Shown in pieces: positions 38,180-51,222 of a stretch of DNA of 64,000 nt. The notes below the pieces were generated by a model. The model was not told where the DNA came from and did not search any database. It was given only the letters and a program-made list of their open reading frames with translations. Positions within the stretch are counted from its first letter, which is position 1. Each line of letters starts with the position of its first letter. The stretch is from assembly GCF_018350175.1 (NCBI RefSeq), contig NC_058370.1, positions 100,812,001-100,876,000 on the forward strand, read 5' to 3'. The DNA is from Felis catus. Its lineage: Eukaryota. A program made the position numbers and the translations under genes.

Positions 38180-39129
38180 AAAAAATAGCAAGGAGCTTAC
38201 TTAGTACTGATGCTCTGCTTGCTTCACTAATTGTTACAGGTGCACTGCATTAACAGAAATAGCATAAGATATTTACATTTTCACACAAAGACACCATTCT
38301 TGTGTTATTTAAGGAAAGGAGATTTAGACAGAAAAGACTGTATTCTAATTGTCTTGCAGTTGAGAAACCAAGGTCCAAACAAATTCCAAATTACTAGTTG
38401 TTAACTTTCCTAACGTCTCTTAGAAACTTCTGATGTCCTTTGGGGTAAAAGTCAACTCAACTGATTAGTGGCAGGATTTTGACAGGAATGCATATACTGG
38501 AGCTTATTAACCAGTAGAAGTGATGTCTAACAATACTTTCAAGCTAAAATATATTTGTTGGAAGTGTCAATAACCTGATGCTCAGTTCTTTATCTGCCTT
38601 GACCTCAGCATACCTTGATCTCTCTGAATGGTTCTCCAAATAGGAATTCTCCCCTGCCTTCTTTCCAGAATGCACCTCTCTCCTGGTTCTCCTCCTGCTT
38701 GAAACATCTCTCTTGGCCTTTTCAGTGTCCTTTGCAGGTCACCTTCCTTATGTTCTAATACCCTGTGCCAGGCTTCCCCCCAAATGAGCAGTCTCTTCAC
38801 CTTGTTGGACTTTTAATATACCACACTAGGTAACTCCCATTCATGGATGCCCTTCTCACCTCACTTGGGTTCTAGATATTCCTTGTTGGGTTCATCTTCT
38901 GTGTGTCTACCCTTCTCACCCCACTTGGGCTCTCCCTCCCCATGCCAGGCTACTACTCCTTACTTTTTCTAGTTCAATCATTCCATGCCAGGCAGCCTAT
39001 CCTTTGCTCTGCATTCCTACTGCCTTCAGGACTAAAATGTTCAGGAAGAGGAAGGGAAAGAGAAGGAGAAAGAAAAGGGAAAGGAATCTTAATTAGTAGA
39101 TTTTTGTTTAGCTCTTTGATCCATACAAC

Positions 39130-40088
39130 CAAAAGACCATAAAGTATATATTGAATAGTTTATTATTTACACTCACTTGAAATGCTGTTAATTATAAACT
39201 ATTTTTTCATATATACATGGATTTGTTTCTGTATTCTCAACAATTTTATATTCCTATTTTGATTCTTTCATTCATTGATGTTATAGTTTAAGAAGAAACA
39301 TTTTTATCATGTCATATAAGGAGACAGAACTTTTCAAATCTTCTTTTATTCCTGTCAGCAAAGTCTCACAGTTTTCTTCACATACATTTTGTTGATTTCA
39401 CATTATGCTCTTTTCTTAGGATTCTGAGTTTTTAGGATCCTAGACGGTTTCTTTTTTTCTATTGTATGTTCTAACTGATGCTTGTTAAGGAATAGGAATT
39501 CTTTTGATTTTCATTTGATCTTTTATTTCACCACCTTTTTGACACATATTAGCTCTAACAATTTGTCACAAATGCTCTTGGGTGTTAATGTAGTAGATTC
39601 CATTCATAGGATTTAAAAATTAACTTTCAGTAACATAAGAATACATTTGCCTTATAAAAACGAGAGAATTACAAATGATGCAAAATCACCTTTGACCAAT
39701 ACCCCCAGTTCTATTGTGCACACCCCCAAACCAGTCACTATAATTATGAGTTTAAGTATATATGTTTCATAGAACATATATGGTGTTATTTGTGTGTATT
39801 TTCAAATACTACCAACTGCAACTTTCTTTTTCATCCAAAATGTGTTTTGCTAAAATACCCTTATTGGTACATTTAAATATATCTCATTTATTTTCAAATG
39901 ATTTACAGCTTTCTATTAGATGTATCATATTCCATTTATTAATTTTATTTATTCATTTCCCAACTGAAATGCATTTAGATTATTATGACATTTTCACAAC
40001 CACAAACAATGCTGAAATGAACAAATTTGTTGATGTCTCCTAGTTCAATATGTGGGTGTTATATTCAAAGGTTCCTAGGAAGTTTAAC

Positions 40089-40119
<31 letters not shown>

Positions 40120-41250
40120 TGAGTATCAGTGTATCTTTACATTCCTAACATTCTAGGTGGTTCAGCGTTCAGTGTGAATGCACAGTCTTTTTAGCCTCTA
40201 CTTAAATTAACATATGATTTTTCTCTCTTAACCTGTTTTGGTGAATTATAGTAATTTTCTGACATTGAAATAGCCTTGTATTTATATGATAATCTACTTA
40301 ATCCTGGTGATTATTTTCTAAAGATACTAACTTTAATTTGTTGATATTTTATATAAGAATTTTCCATCTATGTTCATGAGCTTCATTTATGTATACTTTC
40401 CCTTTCTTGTATTCTCTTGGTTCAGATATGATAATAGGTTTTTGCAAGTTTTATAAAATGCTTCAGATATTTTTCCATTTTTCCTGAGTTCTGGAACCAT
40501 GAATACAACATAGGAATTATATGTTCTCTGAAAATTGGTACAACTAAGTTATCCCTAGGGATTGTTTTCCAGATTAATAGTTAACTGTGTAATAAAGGTC
40601 CTCTATACCCCCACTTACTTTAAAACTCTGAGATGCCTATTTCTGGGGTAGATATATTTGTATCTTCTGCTTCTATTACAAATTGTCAAAATTTTCCCAT
40701 AGTTCTGATATTTAGTCTTACCAATGTTCTCAGAGTGATACTAGTTCAAGAGTGTTTATTATCTTTGTGGACTTTATCCTTTATTAATATAAAATCCTTT
40801 TCTCTTTTGAAGCTTTTGTTTCCAATTACATTAACATTTCTATATTGCTTTCCTTCTATCACTATTTGATTTGTAAACCTTTTCACTTTATATTTTGAAG
40901 CTTTTTGTGTCATTATTGAGTCTGCTTGAGGTGAAGTTATAGCTGGATTTTGTTTTTAATCCAGTGTTTCTTTTAAAAATTAGCCCATTTATATTTATTG
41001 TAAATACTGATGTTGGGTTTACTTCTCTCGTCTTTTTTTTTCTATTTACTATACTTTCATCTTGCTTCCTTTTCTTTTCTTGTTCTCATTTCTGACTTTT
41101 GTTGGACTGGATAAGTTTTCTTTGTTCCATTTCCCCCCTTTTTAATGGTCTGCAAATTACAAACCCAATTTAATTCTTCAGTGTTTATACTTAAATTTAA
41201 AAACTTAATGTCATATATTCAGAACATCTATATTAAAAATTAACATCTGG
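39130..41250 (-). mobile_element. Highly degraded old L1 fragments
   Basis: T-rich strand bias with scattered antisense L1 motifs; boundaries vague. Confidence 0.45.
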
Positions 41251-42339
41251 AATTAACCTGTATCTATACTTCTTTGAATACATTTCTGAACTTTTTCTGA
41301 TTTTCAGTTTTCACACTTGTAAAATTGGGAGTCTGAGTTCTTCACTTAATCTTCATTTAAAGATTAAATGTGATGCCATGTCAAGCACCATCCTTTATTA
41401 AGTAAGAGGTCTTCAATTCCTTCATTCATTTCTTTTCATTCAACCAAAAAACTTCAGGTCCAAAAGACACAATCACCTTTCATCTCCTTTGTCCTTCAAA
41501 GTCACCTCTTCATATTTCTTGCACCATTATGGCCTTCCTCTAGTCTTTCAATTGCTTTATAAGACTCAATATCATCTCACCCTCCCTCTACATAAAAAAA
41601 AATCCCATTCTGCATTGTACTGAATGGACTCTTTTGCTCTAGTTTAACGAACGTCATTTCCCAATGATTCCATGCCTTTCTTCATTTTTCCTTCAAAATG
41701 GCGGACTTTAGACGTTCCACGAATAGCACCACGTGCGCCTGCGCCTCCCGCGGCCATTTCGCCCAGCAGCCCAAACTCCAGCCCCCTGCTCCACGAAGCG
41801 CCTGCGCGAGAGCCTTCAGAGCACAGTGGCTCCTCCCTCTAGCTGAGTACGCTTGAAACCGCACGTTCCCGTCCCTTCCCTCCCCCGCTGACTCTGCACC
41901 GCCCTCACCCCTTTCCTGTGAGATTCTTCCGCCAAGTGGAAAGTCCACCTTCCGTCGACAGCCTACGCAATTGAAGAGCAATCCAATAGGCACCTACAGC
42001 CCTGGGGCTTGTCATTCAGTCTTATCAACGCACCACTGCAATTTTTCTCTGGCCCCTAAAGTTGATAAGCGATTTCGCGGGACTTTTTTGCATCCCGTGG
42101 GCAACAAATGGAAAGAATGGCTGTGGCGGAGGGATCTCTCGCTTACGCTCTGTGTACTTTAACCTAATGGGGGTCGTCCGGGAGTCGGAAGGGGGAGGGG
42201 AGAGGGAGGAGGCAGCCAAGGAATTGTTTTTTTCTCTCGCCCCGCCTGCGCCAGGCCGGCCAATGGCGGCGGGCTGTTTACCCACGAGCCTCGCCCAGCT
42301 CCTCCAACTAGGCCAATGAGCGGCGGCAGCGGCTCCGAG

Positions 42340-42456
42340 GGGGCGGCTCCGAGAGGCTGTGCGTGTCTTGTGAGAGCTCTTGAACCAAGTCAGAGCTAGA
42401 GCTGGGCGGCTGGAAACGGCGGCCGCCGCTGGTGACTCAGGGAGGCAGGAGGCGGG
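42340..42456 (+). other. KDM3A: KDM3A non-coding exon 1 (5' end approximate)
   Basis: Donor GGG|gtaaga at 42457, downstream of paired CCAAT boxes; resembles the recalled human 5'UTR 'gagctcttgaaccaagtcag...ggtgactcagggagg'. Confidence 0.7.
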
Positions 42457-43096
42457 GTAAGAGCGCCGCGGCCTCGGCTGAGGGGAGAGGAGGAAGAAAG
42501 ATGAAGGCGCGGAGCCCGCGGCCCTGCCGCCCCCGCGCCGCGGCGCACGCCGGGACAACGGACGCCCGGGGGTCCGCGGCCGGGAAAGCGCGGTGTCGGG
42601 GCGGGGCGGCGGGGCAAGTGCGGAACCGCGGGCTCGCCCCTCCCGCGGGGCCGCCCGGGGCGGGGACACGGCCGCCCGGGACGGGCCCTTGCTTCGGGCC
42701 TTTTCTTCCCCGGGGTGGGGAGGGGGGCGAACACTTTAAAATCCGCGTAAGCTGCAAATAATTCTCCCCTCACTCTGTCTGCGTTTAGGTTTAAGGTTTT
42801 GGAAAAGCGAAACTTGGGAGAATGAGGGTCACGCGGCGCTTGGGCCCGTGTTTGCGGTGGGGGAGGGATCCGGGGGGGCGGGGGAGGACGCGGGTGTAGA
42901 GACCGGGTGTTGGGGTCTTGCCTGGTACCGGCCGCCGCCGTCTGGGGTCTGGTCTTTTCGAGCGCGGTTAGGCTCCCTCCCTCCGCCCTCGCTTCCCCCG
43001 CGTCCTCTCTTCCCGGCCCCCTCCCACCGACAGCCCCCGTTGCATTTTGTTTTTGTATTTTTGCAGGGAGGAGCCCTTCCTGCAGGCGTGGAAACC

Positions 43097-43282
43097 ATGG
43101 TGCTCACGCTCGGAGAAAGTTGGCCAGTACTGGTGGGGAAGCGATTCCTCAGTCTGTCCGCCGCCGACGGCAGCGACGGCGGCCACGACAGCTGGGACGT
43201 GGAGCGCGTCGCCGAGTGGCCCTGGCTCTCCGGGACCATTCGAGCCGTCTCCCACACCGACGTTACCAAGAAGGATCTGAAG
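43097..43282 (+). CDS. KDM3A: KDM3A exon 2 coding part (exon starts 43067)
   Basis: Acceptor ttttgcag at 43066; Kozak accATGg; MVLTLGESWPVLVGKRFLSLS...TKKDLK; donor gtaaaa at 43283. Confidence 0.97.
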
Positions 43283-44459
43283 GTAAAACCAGCTCCCGGG
43301 CCTCAGCTGTCGGACGTTTTGTAGTTACCTTGGTAACGAACGAGCCAGCCAGCGGCCCCACTCCCCTTTTCAGAAAAGGGCGACCAGCAAGTTGGCATCT
43401 GATCTGCAGGTGCAGAAGACTAGACCTTGAAAGTCTTTGAAATTGGCCGTGTAGAGCCGAGGTGTGTTTGGCCTCCGGTTGCCCGTGTTTAATGACGGCC
43501 TTGGGGTTGCTCAGACATGCTTCGTTACTGCCCGCGCCCGTGCCCTGCTAGGACCGTAGGAGTGTTTCTCCGAAGGGGGAGCATGGGTAATGTTGGATTC
43601 GCCAGGTAGGTGATGTTAGGAATCATTAGGAATTGAGGGCTGGTGTTTTCGGGTGGATTTTTTGGTCTGCTCCTCTTAATTTCTTCACCCAACTTGCTAA
43701 ACTTCTGGCCGTGTTGGAAATGAAGTGTGAGTGAAGAGGGAGGAGCTTAGTTCTGTTTGGCATATTAGGGTGGGTACTTGTCCGTATATGGCGGGTCAGA
43801 GTGGAAGTGGGTTCCTGGTCCTCTGATGACTTTGTAGGTAGGTGTGGGCTATGACCGTATATGGAGGGCGGGGGTGGAGCCACCCCTTACGTGGTGTGTG
43901 AGAGGAATGGCTTTGAAGCACACTTCGGTGTTCGCGGGGAGGGAGAGAAGAGAGAACAAGTGTGGACAGTGACTTTTAATCAGAACGACGCTCAGAGTCT
44001 TTCAGTTAGATCATTTCAAAAAGAGTTGAATTTTGATTATACTCCCTTGTGGAAGTAGTGGTGGCAAAGGATTGTCTGGGAACAACCAGTAAAGAAGCCA
44101 TTCCACCAACAAAGACTCCTTTGTGCAAAAATAACTGGAGAAAGGTCCCTAACAAAGACTCCAAAGTGGTGGCAACTTGAAGGAAGCTTGTTAGAAGAGG
44201 AGAGATTTCCACCCTGGGTAGTGGATGTGTTTCAGTATCTTCACTTGGCCATCACTGCTTTTTCTTGAGAACGATGTTCAAGTTGGGAAGCAGGTTTTAG
44301 CATCAGCAGCTGAATACATGTTGATTTCGGACACACCGTTCATTTGAACACTTTAAGGCGACCGCACCTGTGCAAGCCAGTTTTAGTCTGCGGAGGGTTG
44401 TTGGATGTGTGGTTCTGTATTTTTAAAGCTTCCAGGGTGCCTTGGCTTCATGTTGAAAT

Positions 44460-44700
44460 GGATGACTGTTGAGCACTTAGCCACGTGCCAGGCATCATGC
44501 TGAACACTTCATAGCCGTGATCTGATTAATCCTTACAGCAGCTCTGTGGGAGTAGGTACTAATATTGCCCCGTTTTACAGACAAAAATATCAGGGCTGGG
44601 GAAGATTAAGTCACAGAGGTCACATAGAAATTGGCATAGCCTGTGTTCTAACCCAGGAAGTTTTGGTACCTGAGCCCACCCTCTTTACCATTATGTTCCC
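44460..44700 (-). mobile_element. MIR
   Basis: 'gtgccaggcatcatgct...ttaatccttacagcagctctgtg...ccccgttttacagac'. Confidence 0.65.
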
Positions 44701-46564
44701 TGTGCCACCAAAGGACTCCTTCAGACACTGTGGAGTTTGTTTTTTCTCCTCCTTTTCATTACTCCTAGCAAACTGGGTTTTGCTGTTTATAGAAAGAAAG
44801 TAGAGTGGCACAAGGATGGCCAACCTATTTGCTTTAGGCTGATAACCTTTTTCCATAAAGTGGGCTTTGTGTACCAGATTTCAGTCATAGTTGTTGTGGT
44901 TTATTTCACTTGCCAAGTAAAATGTTCTCTAGTGCATTTGTTTTTATCCGATTTGAATGGAAACAAGATTTGATTTAAGTCCTTAGTTTTTTGGCAGATG
45001 ATGACAGACTAGGTGTTCCCTTGCCCCACAGGACCCAATTATAGACCTGTTGGATTAAGAAGGCAATCCAGGAGGTCATTTTTATGTGTTCTTTTTAATC
45101 TCCCACCTTCCTGCCACCCCAAATCTTTGAGGTGGTGGTAATATCTTCATTTTCAGAATGAGAAAGTAGATTAGGGAAAGGAGTCTTGTCCAGATTTGCA
45201 TAGTTAGCTACTAAATGATGGAGGGAGGATTTGAATCTAGGTTTGGCTGTGTCTTTTCCATTGCACTAAAGTGCCTCACCTGAGGATAAACAGGGATTTT
45301 AATTTCAAGAACAGTTTTAATTATATTTGATTTTTGCTTTACCTGCAGACTTCGTAATTCAGCTTTAATGTAAGATACAAATTCTGTGATTTTTTTTATC
45401 TAGTCATAATTCATCATTATGTTCCTTAATTGAGTAGCAGATGGCTTAAGTTTAAGGGCATATTGTATTAGCAAACACAGAATTTCAGAACACTGGAACC
45501 AAATTGTGCTGGGGAAATACAGGCAGGAACTAGTAAGTAGCTATGACCATGCTTACACTTGGGCTTAAGGATCCTGGGTTTTGGGGGGGGGGGGGCGGTG
45601 GAATGGGACTGGGGGCTAAAATGTATATAAATGAATAAGATTCAAGTAGTATGCAACTGTTTTGGCATCGGTAGAAATAGTTTGTCTAGACTGATTTGCT
45701 GTTAGTTGAGGATGATGATAAAGCCAAGGCTTGTTAACTTTGTTTCACCTAGAGAGAGACTTTATAACAAAGTCACTTGGGTACATTATGTCTAGTTGTT
45801 GATTATATAGAGTCAAAGTGAAGACATAACAAGGAGTAAATATTTAGTATGTGGCACCTAATTGAATCCTCACAAATATGCTAGATGGTAAACCACATTT
45901 TTTAGTGTTAGAAATTGAGGCTTGAAGAAGTTAAATAACTTGACCAAGTTTGTCTCTAGACCTCAAACACTAGGCAGTTAATAGAGTGAGATTAAAGCAC
46001 TTTATTTTGCTATCCTTAGCACTTAGCTCGCTTGGCATGTAATATTTGCTGAAATATTTGAATATATGGAAGGAATCAAAACTATTCTACACTGAAAAGC
46101 AGCTTTAGAAATGTACTGATGGAGCAGTGGCATTCTCTTTCCCTGGAATAACAACACATCTTTATTAGGTGTGGTTATAAGAACCTCTTTTTATACTACT
46201 CTTTCTACAGGTGGCTTTGGGTTTGTTCATTATGTGTGTTGGGAATGGCCTCCTTCCCCAACTTGTCTGTCTAGGTCTTTTCCTTCCTTTGAACTTACCT
46301 TATCCTTGAGTCTTCTGCTCTTAGTCCCTCGGGATATCCTTAGCAGATGAGTAGTACTTGCCATCTCCATATACTATTTCCTGCTGTTAAACCTTTTTGG
46401 CAGTTGGGTGCTTTGACCAGTGTCTAGCCTTTTCATCCTTACATACAGTTGGAATTTGCATGTTGATAGATTCTGCTGCCAGTCAAACCATGTAAAATGA
46501 GAAAGTCCTAGCAGTGTAATAAAATCTGTTTATCTCCCATAATTGAGCGCTAGACTGGGATTTT

Positions 46565-46762
46565 AAACGCTTATTTACTTATTTTTGAGAGAGAACACCA
46601 GCAGGGGAGGAGCAGAGAGAGAAGACGACACTGAATCTGAAGCAGGCTCCAAGCTCTGAGCTGTCAGTGCAGAGCTGGACACAGGGCTCAAACTCATGAA
46701 CTGTGAGGTCGTGACCTGAGCCGAAGTCAGATGCTTAACTGACTGAACCACCGAGGCGCCCC
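46565..46762 (-). mobile_element. Can-SINE in intron 2
   Basis: Reverse head ends 'gaggcgcccc'. Confidence 0.88.
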
Positions 46763-49700
46763 TAGACTCTGAGATTTTAGACAAGTATTATATTTAGGTG
46801 TAAGAAGACCTAATCAGAAGCGTAATGAAATAATTTTCTAATTTGTGGAGTAGTGAAATAAGTGGTATTCTGCATTGTAGTGCTGGGCATAGAATAGATA
46901 TGTCAAAACTTGCCTATAAACCATGCCATTCTGTAAGTACCTACCGTTAACTTAGAAATATTTCACTTGGCCTTTCTGATGGTTTTCTTAATCATATACT
47001 CAGGTGAGATTAGCTTGATTAGATATAAAGAGATTTTCTGTTGGGGAAAAATAAACTTGAAATAATTAGTTTGAAATAGTCCAGTTTCTGGTCCAGATAT
47101 TTAATAGACGAATAAGGCACACATTTACAAAATGCCGTAATTAAAAGAAGAGCAAATTTGTTAATGATTTGTAGTGAGTACTGATAGGCCTCTTTTTGGC
47201 TTTTGGAATCAGATAGCATAAATAACATCTCCTTTGTGGACCAAAAGAACATGGGGGAATAACAATATAAATAACTAGTTATATCGATAAGTTTGCAGAA
47301 GCTTGGTCAAGTCACTTTAGTTCCCCCCGAATTTGAATTTTTATTGGTATGTCTTTTTATATAAATTTTTGCTTAGGAGGCTTTGGTGATAGAAGGTCCC
47401 TTATGTAGAGAACCTCAAGCTTCAAGGCACAAATGAAAGGTATATGTGGTTATGAGAAGAAACTTTTGAAAAAATGTTGAAAAGAGCTCACAACTTACTG
47501 GTTTCATTATATTTTAAGTCGCCTTTTAAGCTAAAGTTAATATGAATTTTTGACCATGTAACCTAACACTCCAAAATCACAAAGTAAGTTATTTTTTAAG
47601 GAGCTAAACTTAATTTTTTAATTAGTCAAAAATTAGGAGGGGCCCTGTCTAAATTTTGGGTTAAGGTTGATTGTAAGCTTTATAGGTGGTGGTTGGATAA
47701 GAATTGTGATGTTGCTTAAGTTTTGGGAAGCCACTGAATATCTTAATCTTTTACTTTTTTTTGTCTTTGTTTCTTAGTTTTTTGCTGAATAGATACTGGA
47801 TAATCATATTTAAGATCTTTCCACCACTACTAAGTGAACTGATACCTTGATAAATTAAGATTTGAATTCCCATGGAGCTTTTAAGGCTACCTAGTCTCCG
47901 TGGCAGATGCTTTACATACATTGTCTTAAAAATCTATATTAAAGTTCAGTGATGGGTAGATGTTAGTACTTTCATTTTGAAGCTAGCAAAACCAGTTTCA
48001 AAGAGCTTAGATTTTAGTAAGGGTTCTTAACCTGCCAGGCAGGTTAATTGGTTTTCCTTGTAATACTATGTATCTTATTTTATGCGAGTAAAATCATTCT
48101 AAGAAAGCTTCAACATAGCTGGGATTCAAACCCAGATTTCTCTGGCGCTGTAGTTTATATATGCTCATTCCTCTTACACATTGATGGCAAAACTCTGCCA
48201 TCTAAAGCTAGTTTGGGTTTGGAGTTGATGTGATGTGGGGCAGAAAGACTATCCAATTTAGGGGAGCTATCAGAGGACCTGGATTCTGGTGGCTGGGGAG
48301 GCAGGAAGATGAGCAGTCTCTGAACAGCTCTGAAGGACCATTTGATTGGGTATAGTGATGGATGGGGTGGGTAGAACCAAAGAGAGAGTACACACACAGG
48401 GCCTTGGCACATAGTAGGTGTTCACACATTTGGATGTATTCTGTGATAACTGCAAGATTAAAAGTCTGCCATGCCAAGAAGATATGCATCTTCTCAGGAG
48501 AAGTTGCCTGGGAAGTTAGGGATGCAGATTTTACTGTTGGGGGAGGAGGATAGGATGGATTTTAAATTTCATTGATTTTTAAAGATTGATATTCTAAGGC
48601 CATGAAACTGGAGAAGGTTTAGGATTGGGGCTATAGTGGTATACCAGTTGGGAATGTCCTGCCTGCTAAGTGGTTTAGAGTAAACAGAAGGTAAGAGCCC
48701 AATTCAGAGAGACATTTATTCATTCAACAAGTATTTGAGTACTGACTGCGGACTGGATACCAGTGAAATACAACAGTTAAATAAAAACAGATGCAGACTT
48801 TGACGTATTAGAATTTATGTCAATCAGTCAGCCACAAGTAAATAATTCAAAGTGTGGGTAAGTGTTAGGAAGGAAAAGTATAGGGCTTTGAGTGCAATGA
48901 ACAAGGGAACTCTCTTCTGAGGGGTGGAGGAGGCTCTTTGAAGGTAAGGTAAGGCTTCTTGGAGGAAAGGATTTTTTTAATCGGGTTCTGACAGATGAAT
49001 GGAAGTTAACTAAATTTTTTTTTTAATTAAAAGTTGAAAAGGGAGATATGATTATCTGTGAACTTATGAACAGAGTTGGCATGTTTATTAACTAGTTCTT
49101 TGAAACAAAAAACGAGAGGCTGCTTTAGTAGGAGAGGGGATTTTAAATCAAATTTAAAAAAGTGATTTTTACACCACATATTGAGGAAGTTTAACTCTGG
49201 GGTCAATTTATCAACTATTTGCTTCTATATTTAGCAAAGTAGTCTTTGACTCCAAACTCCCAGTTTATTCAACTGAAAGGGATATTGAGGATATGCTCTC
49301 TACTAGGCCTAGTGTTAAATCCTGTGAATACCAAAGGGATTGAAAAGCAAGTTGTGGATTATGGTGAATGGGTGGGGGGGCTCATCTTAGGCCCACAAGC
49401 AGCGTCAATTTAGAATTACAATGACCTGCAGTGAGTACTTTTTTTAGGGTTTCAAATTTCTTTCTTTTGGTTCTTAAAGTTCTGATGTCTAACATGTGTA
49501 AAAACTTTCCACATGGGGGGTTTTTGTTGTATGTATGGGCTTCCTAGAAGTTACTTTGGGGGGCAGAGATTGGCCTCCAAAACCCTTGGCTGCTGCTTCC
49601 CAAAGTGATTTGGGAGCTAGAGCTTGATGGTTAGATTAACATGTCGGACTGGTTTATGTGGACTGCGAAGGGAAGTAAGAGTGGGAAAGAAGGACAGCAG

Positions 49701-49789
49701 ACACTCAGATATTCAGATTAAAGATTCAAGTAGAATAATGGCATAATTCAAAGTCGGCATTTTTCGTGTTTATTTTTGTTAATCAAATC

Positions 49790-49828
<39 letters not shown>

Positions 49829-49840
49829 CTGTTTGTCTAG

Positions 49841-49996
49841 GTGTGCGTAGAGTTTGACGGGGAATCTTGGAGGAAGAGAAGATGGATAGAAGTCTACAGC
49901 CTTCTAAGGAGAGCATTTTTAGTAGAACATAACTTGGTTTTGGCTGAACGAAAGTCTCCTGAAATTTCTGAACGAGTTGTTCAGTGGCCTGCAATA
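49841..49996 (+). CDS. KDM3A: KDM3A exon 3 (156 nt)
   Basis: VCVEFDGESWRKRRWIEVYSLLRRAFLVEHNLVLAERKSPEISERVVQWPAI; ag/gtgagt boundaries. Confidence 0.97.
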
Positions 49997-51111
49997 GTGA
50001 GTAGAACTTGGGCTTATGAGAAGAGGGTATTGGTTATGTGTGAAACAAGGGAAATGGATATGTAGTGCCTATATTTGGCGTCTGGAGAATAATAGTACAG
50101 AAACATGACAGTGTAGGGGAGTTAGAAGAACATCTGGGATCTCCTGTCAGCCCCACTGCGAGGAATTCTGGAAGTCTAGGCCCTTGACTTTCTCAGCTCT
50201 ATTTCTTCACTTGAAAAATGGGGATGGTCATATGGGTAATGTCTAGGTCAGAAGTCAGAAATCAGCAGTTGTATATGGACATACAGATCTGTATGGCTTG
50301 ACCCTCATAGTGTTTTAAGAAAATTTGAATTAGTTGTCTGCTTATGAAATGGGGAGAGTATACCTTAAAATCTGGCTGTTGCCTGGCTCCTGTAGAGAGT
50401 TGCCAGTCTTGGCCTCATGATCCCTAAGGTTCTCTCTGAGTCATAATATTCTTTGGCTCTGAAGGTACTGGTAGTCAGTACCATTTCCATATCATAAGTC
50501 TGGTGTAGTTGGAATACGAGAGTGATCACAGGGTCTGGAGAAGACAGTTCAGGTTTTGTGAGACATAGAGCTTAATGGTGGAAGGGTCAGATTTAGACAG
50601 TTGGAAAGGCCAGGAAGGTGACTGAAAGGCTGACCAGATTGTGAAGAGCCAAGTCTGCTGTGTTAGCAAAGTTAAGATTTTGTCTGTAGGTGAGAACAGC
50701 TAGCTACTGGAGGTTTTTGAGTAATGTAGGGTTTTGGTTAAAGTTATATTTTGTCTTTGTATTTTTCCACCCCAGCTATTAAGAATTGGCTAAAAACATG
50801 GTTCTGTATCCTCAGAAAAATGTATACACACAATTTTTTGCATAAATTTTAGAGAAGCTGTATATCTTTGGACCCAGACTTCTATGTTAATGAGTCCCAA
50901 ATGTGTATCTGGTTTAAATGATTGACTTTTGGATAAAAATTATGTGATGATATGGTTGCATAAATAGTCGTTATTGGGATACTGGCAGTAAATAAAAAAA
51001 ACTTAATGGTTTTATCTCTTTCTGTATGTGTGGAAAATTGCTAGTCCCCATTTTCAGAGTTATGCTGATAGCAGTTGTGATGCCAAAACATTTTCTTTTG
51101 TTTTGCTATAG

Positions 51112-51222
51112 GTGNNNNNNNNNNNNNNNNNNNNNNNNNNNNNNNNNNNNNNNNNNNNNNNNNNNNNNNNNNNNNNNNNNNNNNNNNNNNNNNNNNNNNN
51201 NNNNNNNNNNNNNNNNNNNNNN
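51112..51222 (+). CDS. KDM3A: KDM3A exon 4 (inferred; all but the first codon is N)
   Basis: Acceptor ttttcttttgttttgctatag precedes GTG and the N-run. The 37-aa segment expected from orthologues is not seen elsewhere between exons 3 and 5. End coordinate inferred. Confidence 0.7.

Larger units (their letters stand above)
41690..43560. promoter_or_regulatory. KDM3A: CpG island / KDM3A promoter
   Basis: Abrupt rise in GC and CpG. CCAAT at 41983, 42260 and 42313; YY1-like CAAAATGGCGG at 41694; CACGTG at 41730; NRF1-like GCGCCTGCGC at 41735 and 41798; AP-1 TGACTCA at 42433. Confidence 0.9.

Noticed and set aside
42848-43096. In-frame upstream extension of KDM3A from a GTG
   Set aside because: Mostly in intron 1, upstream of a strong acceptor at 43066; the ATG at 43097 has a strong Kozak context.
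42025-43440. Several long overlapping ORFs (up to 214 aa) on both strands
   Set aside because: Expected from stop-codon scarcity in a GC-rich CpG island; Pro/Arg/Gly/Ala-rich with no recognisable domain. Only 43097-43282 is supported.
869-46784. Recurrent ORFs such as MAQSVK..TSAQVMIS..AQSLEPASDSVS and MGQRETEHERGRG
   Set aside because: Translations of Can-SINE copies, not a gene family.
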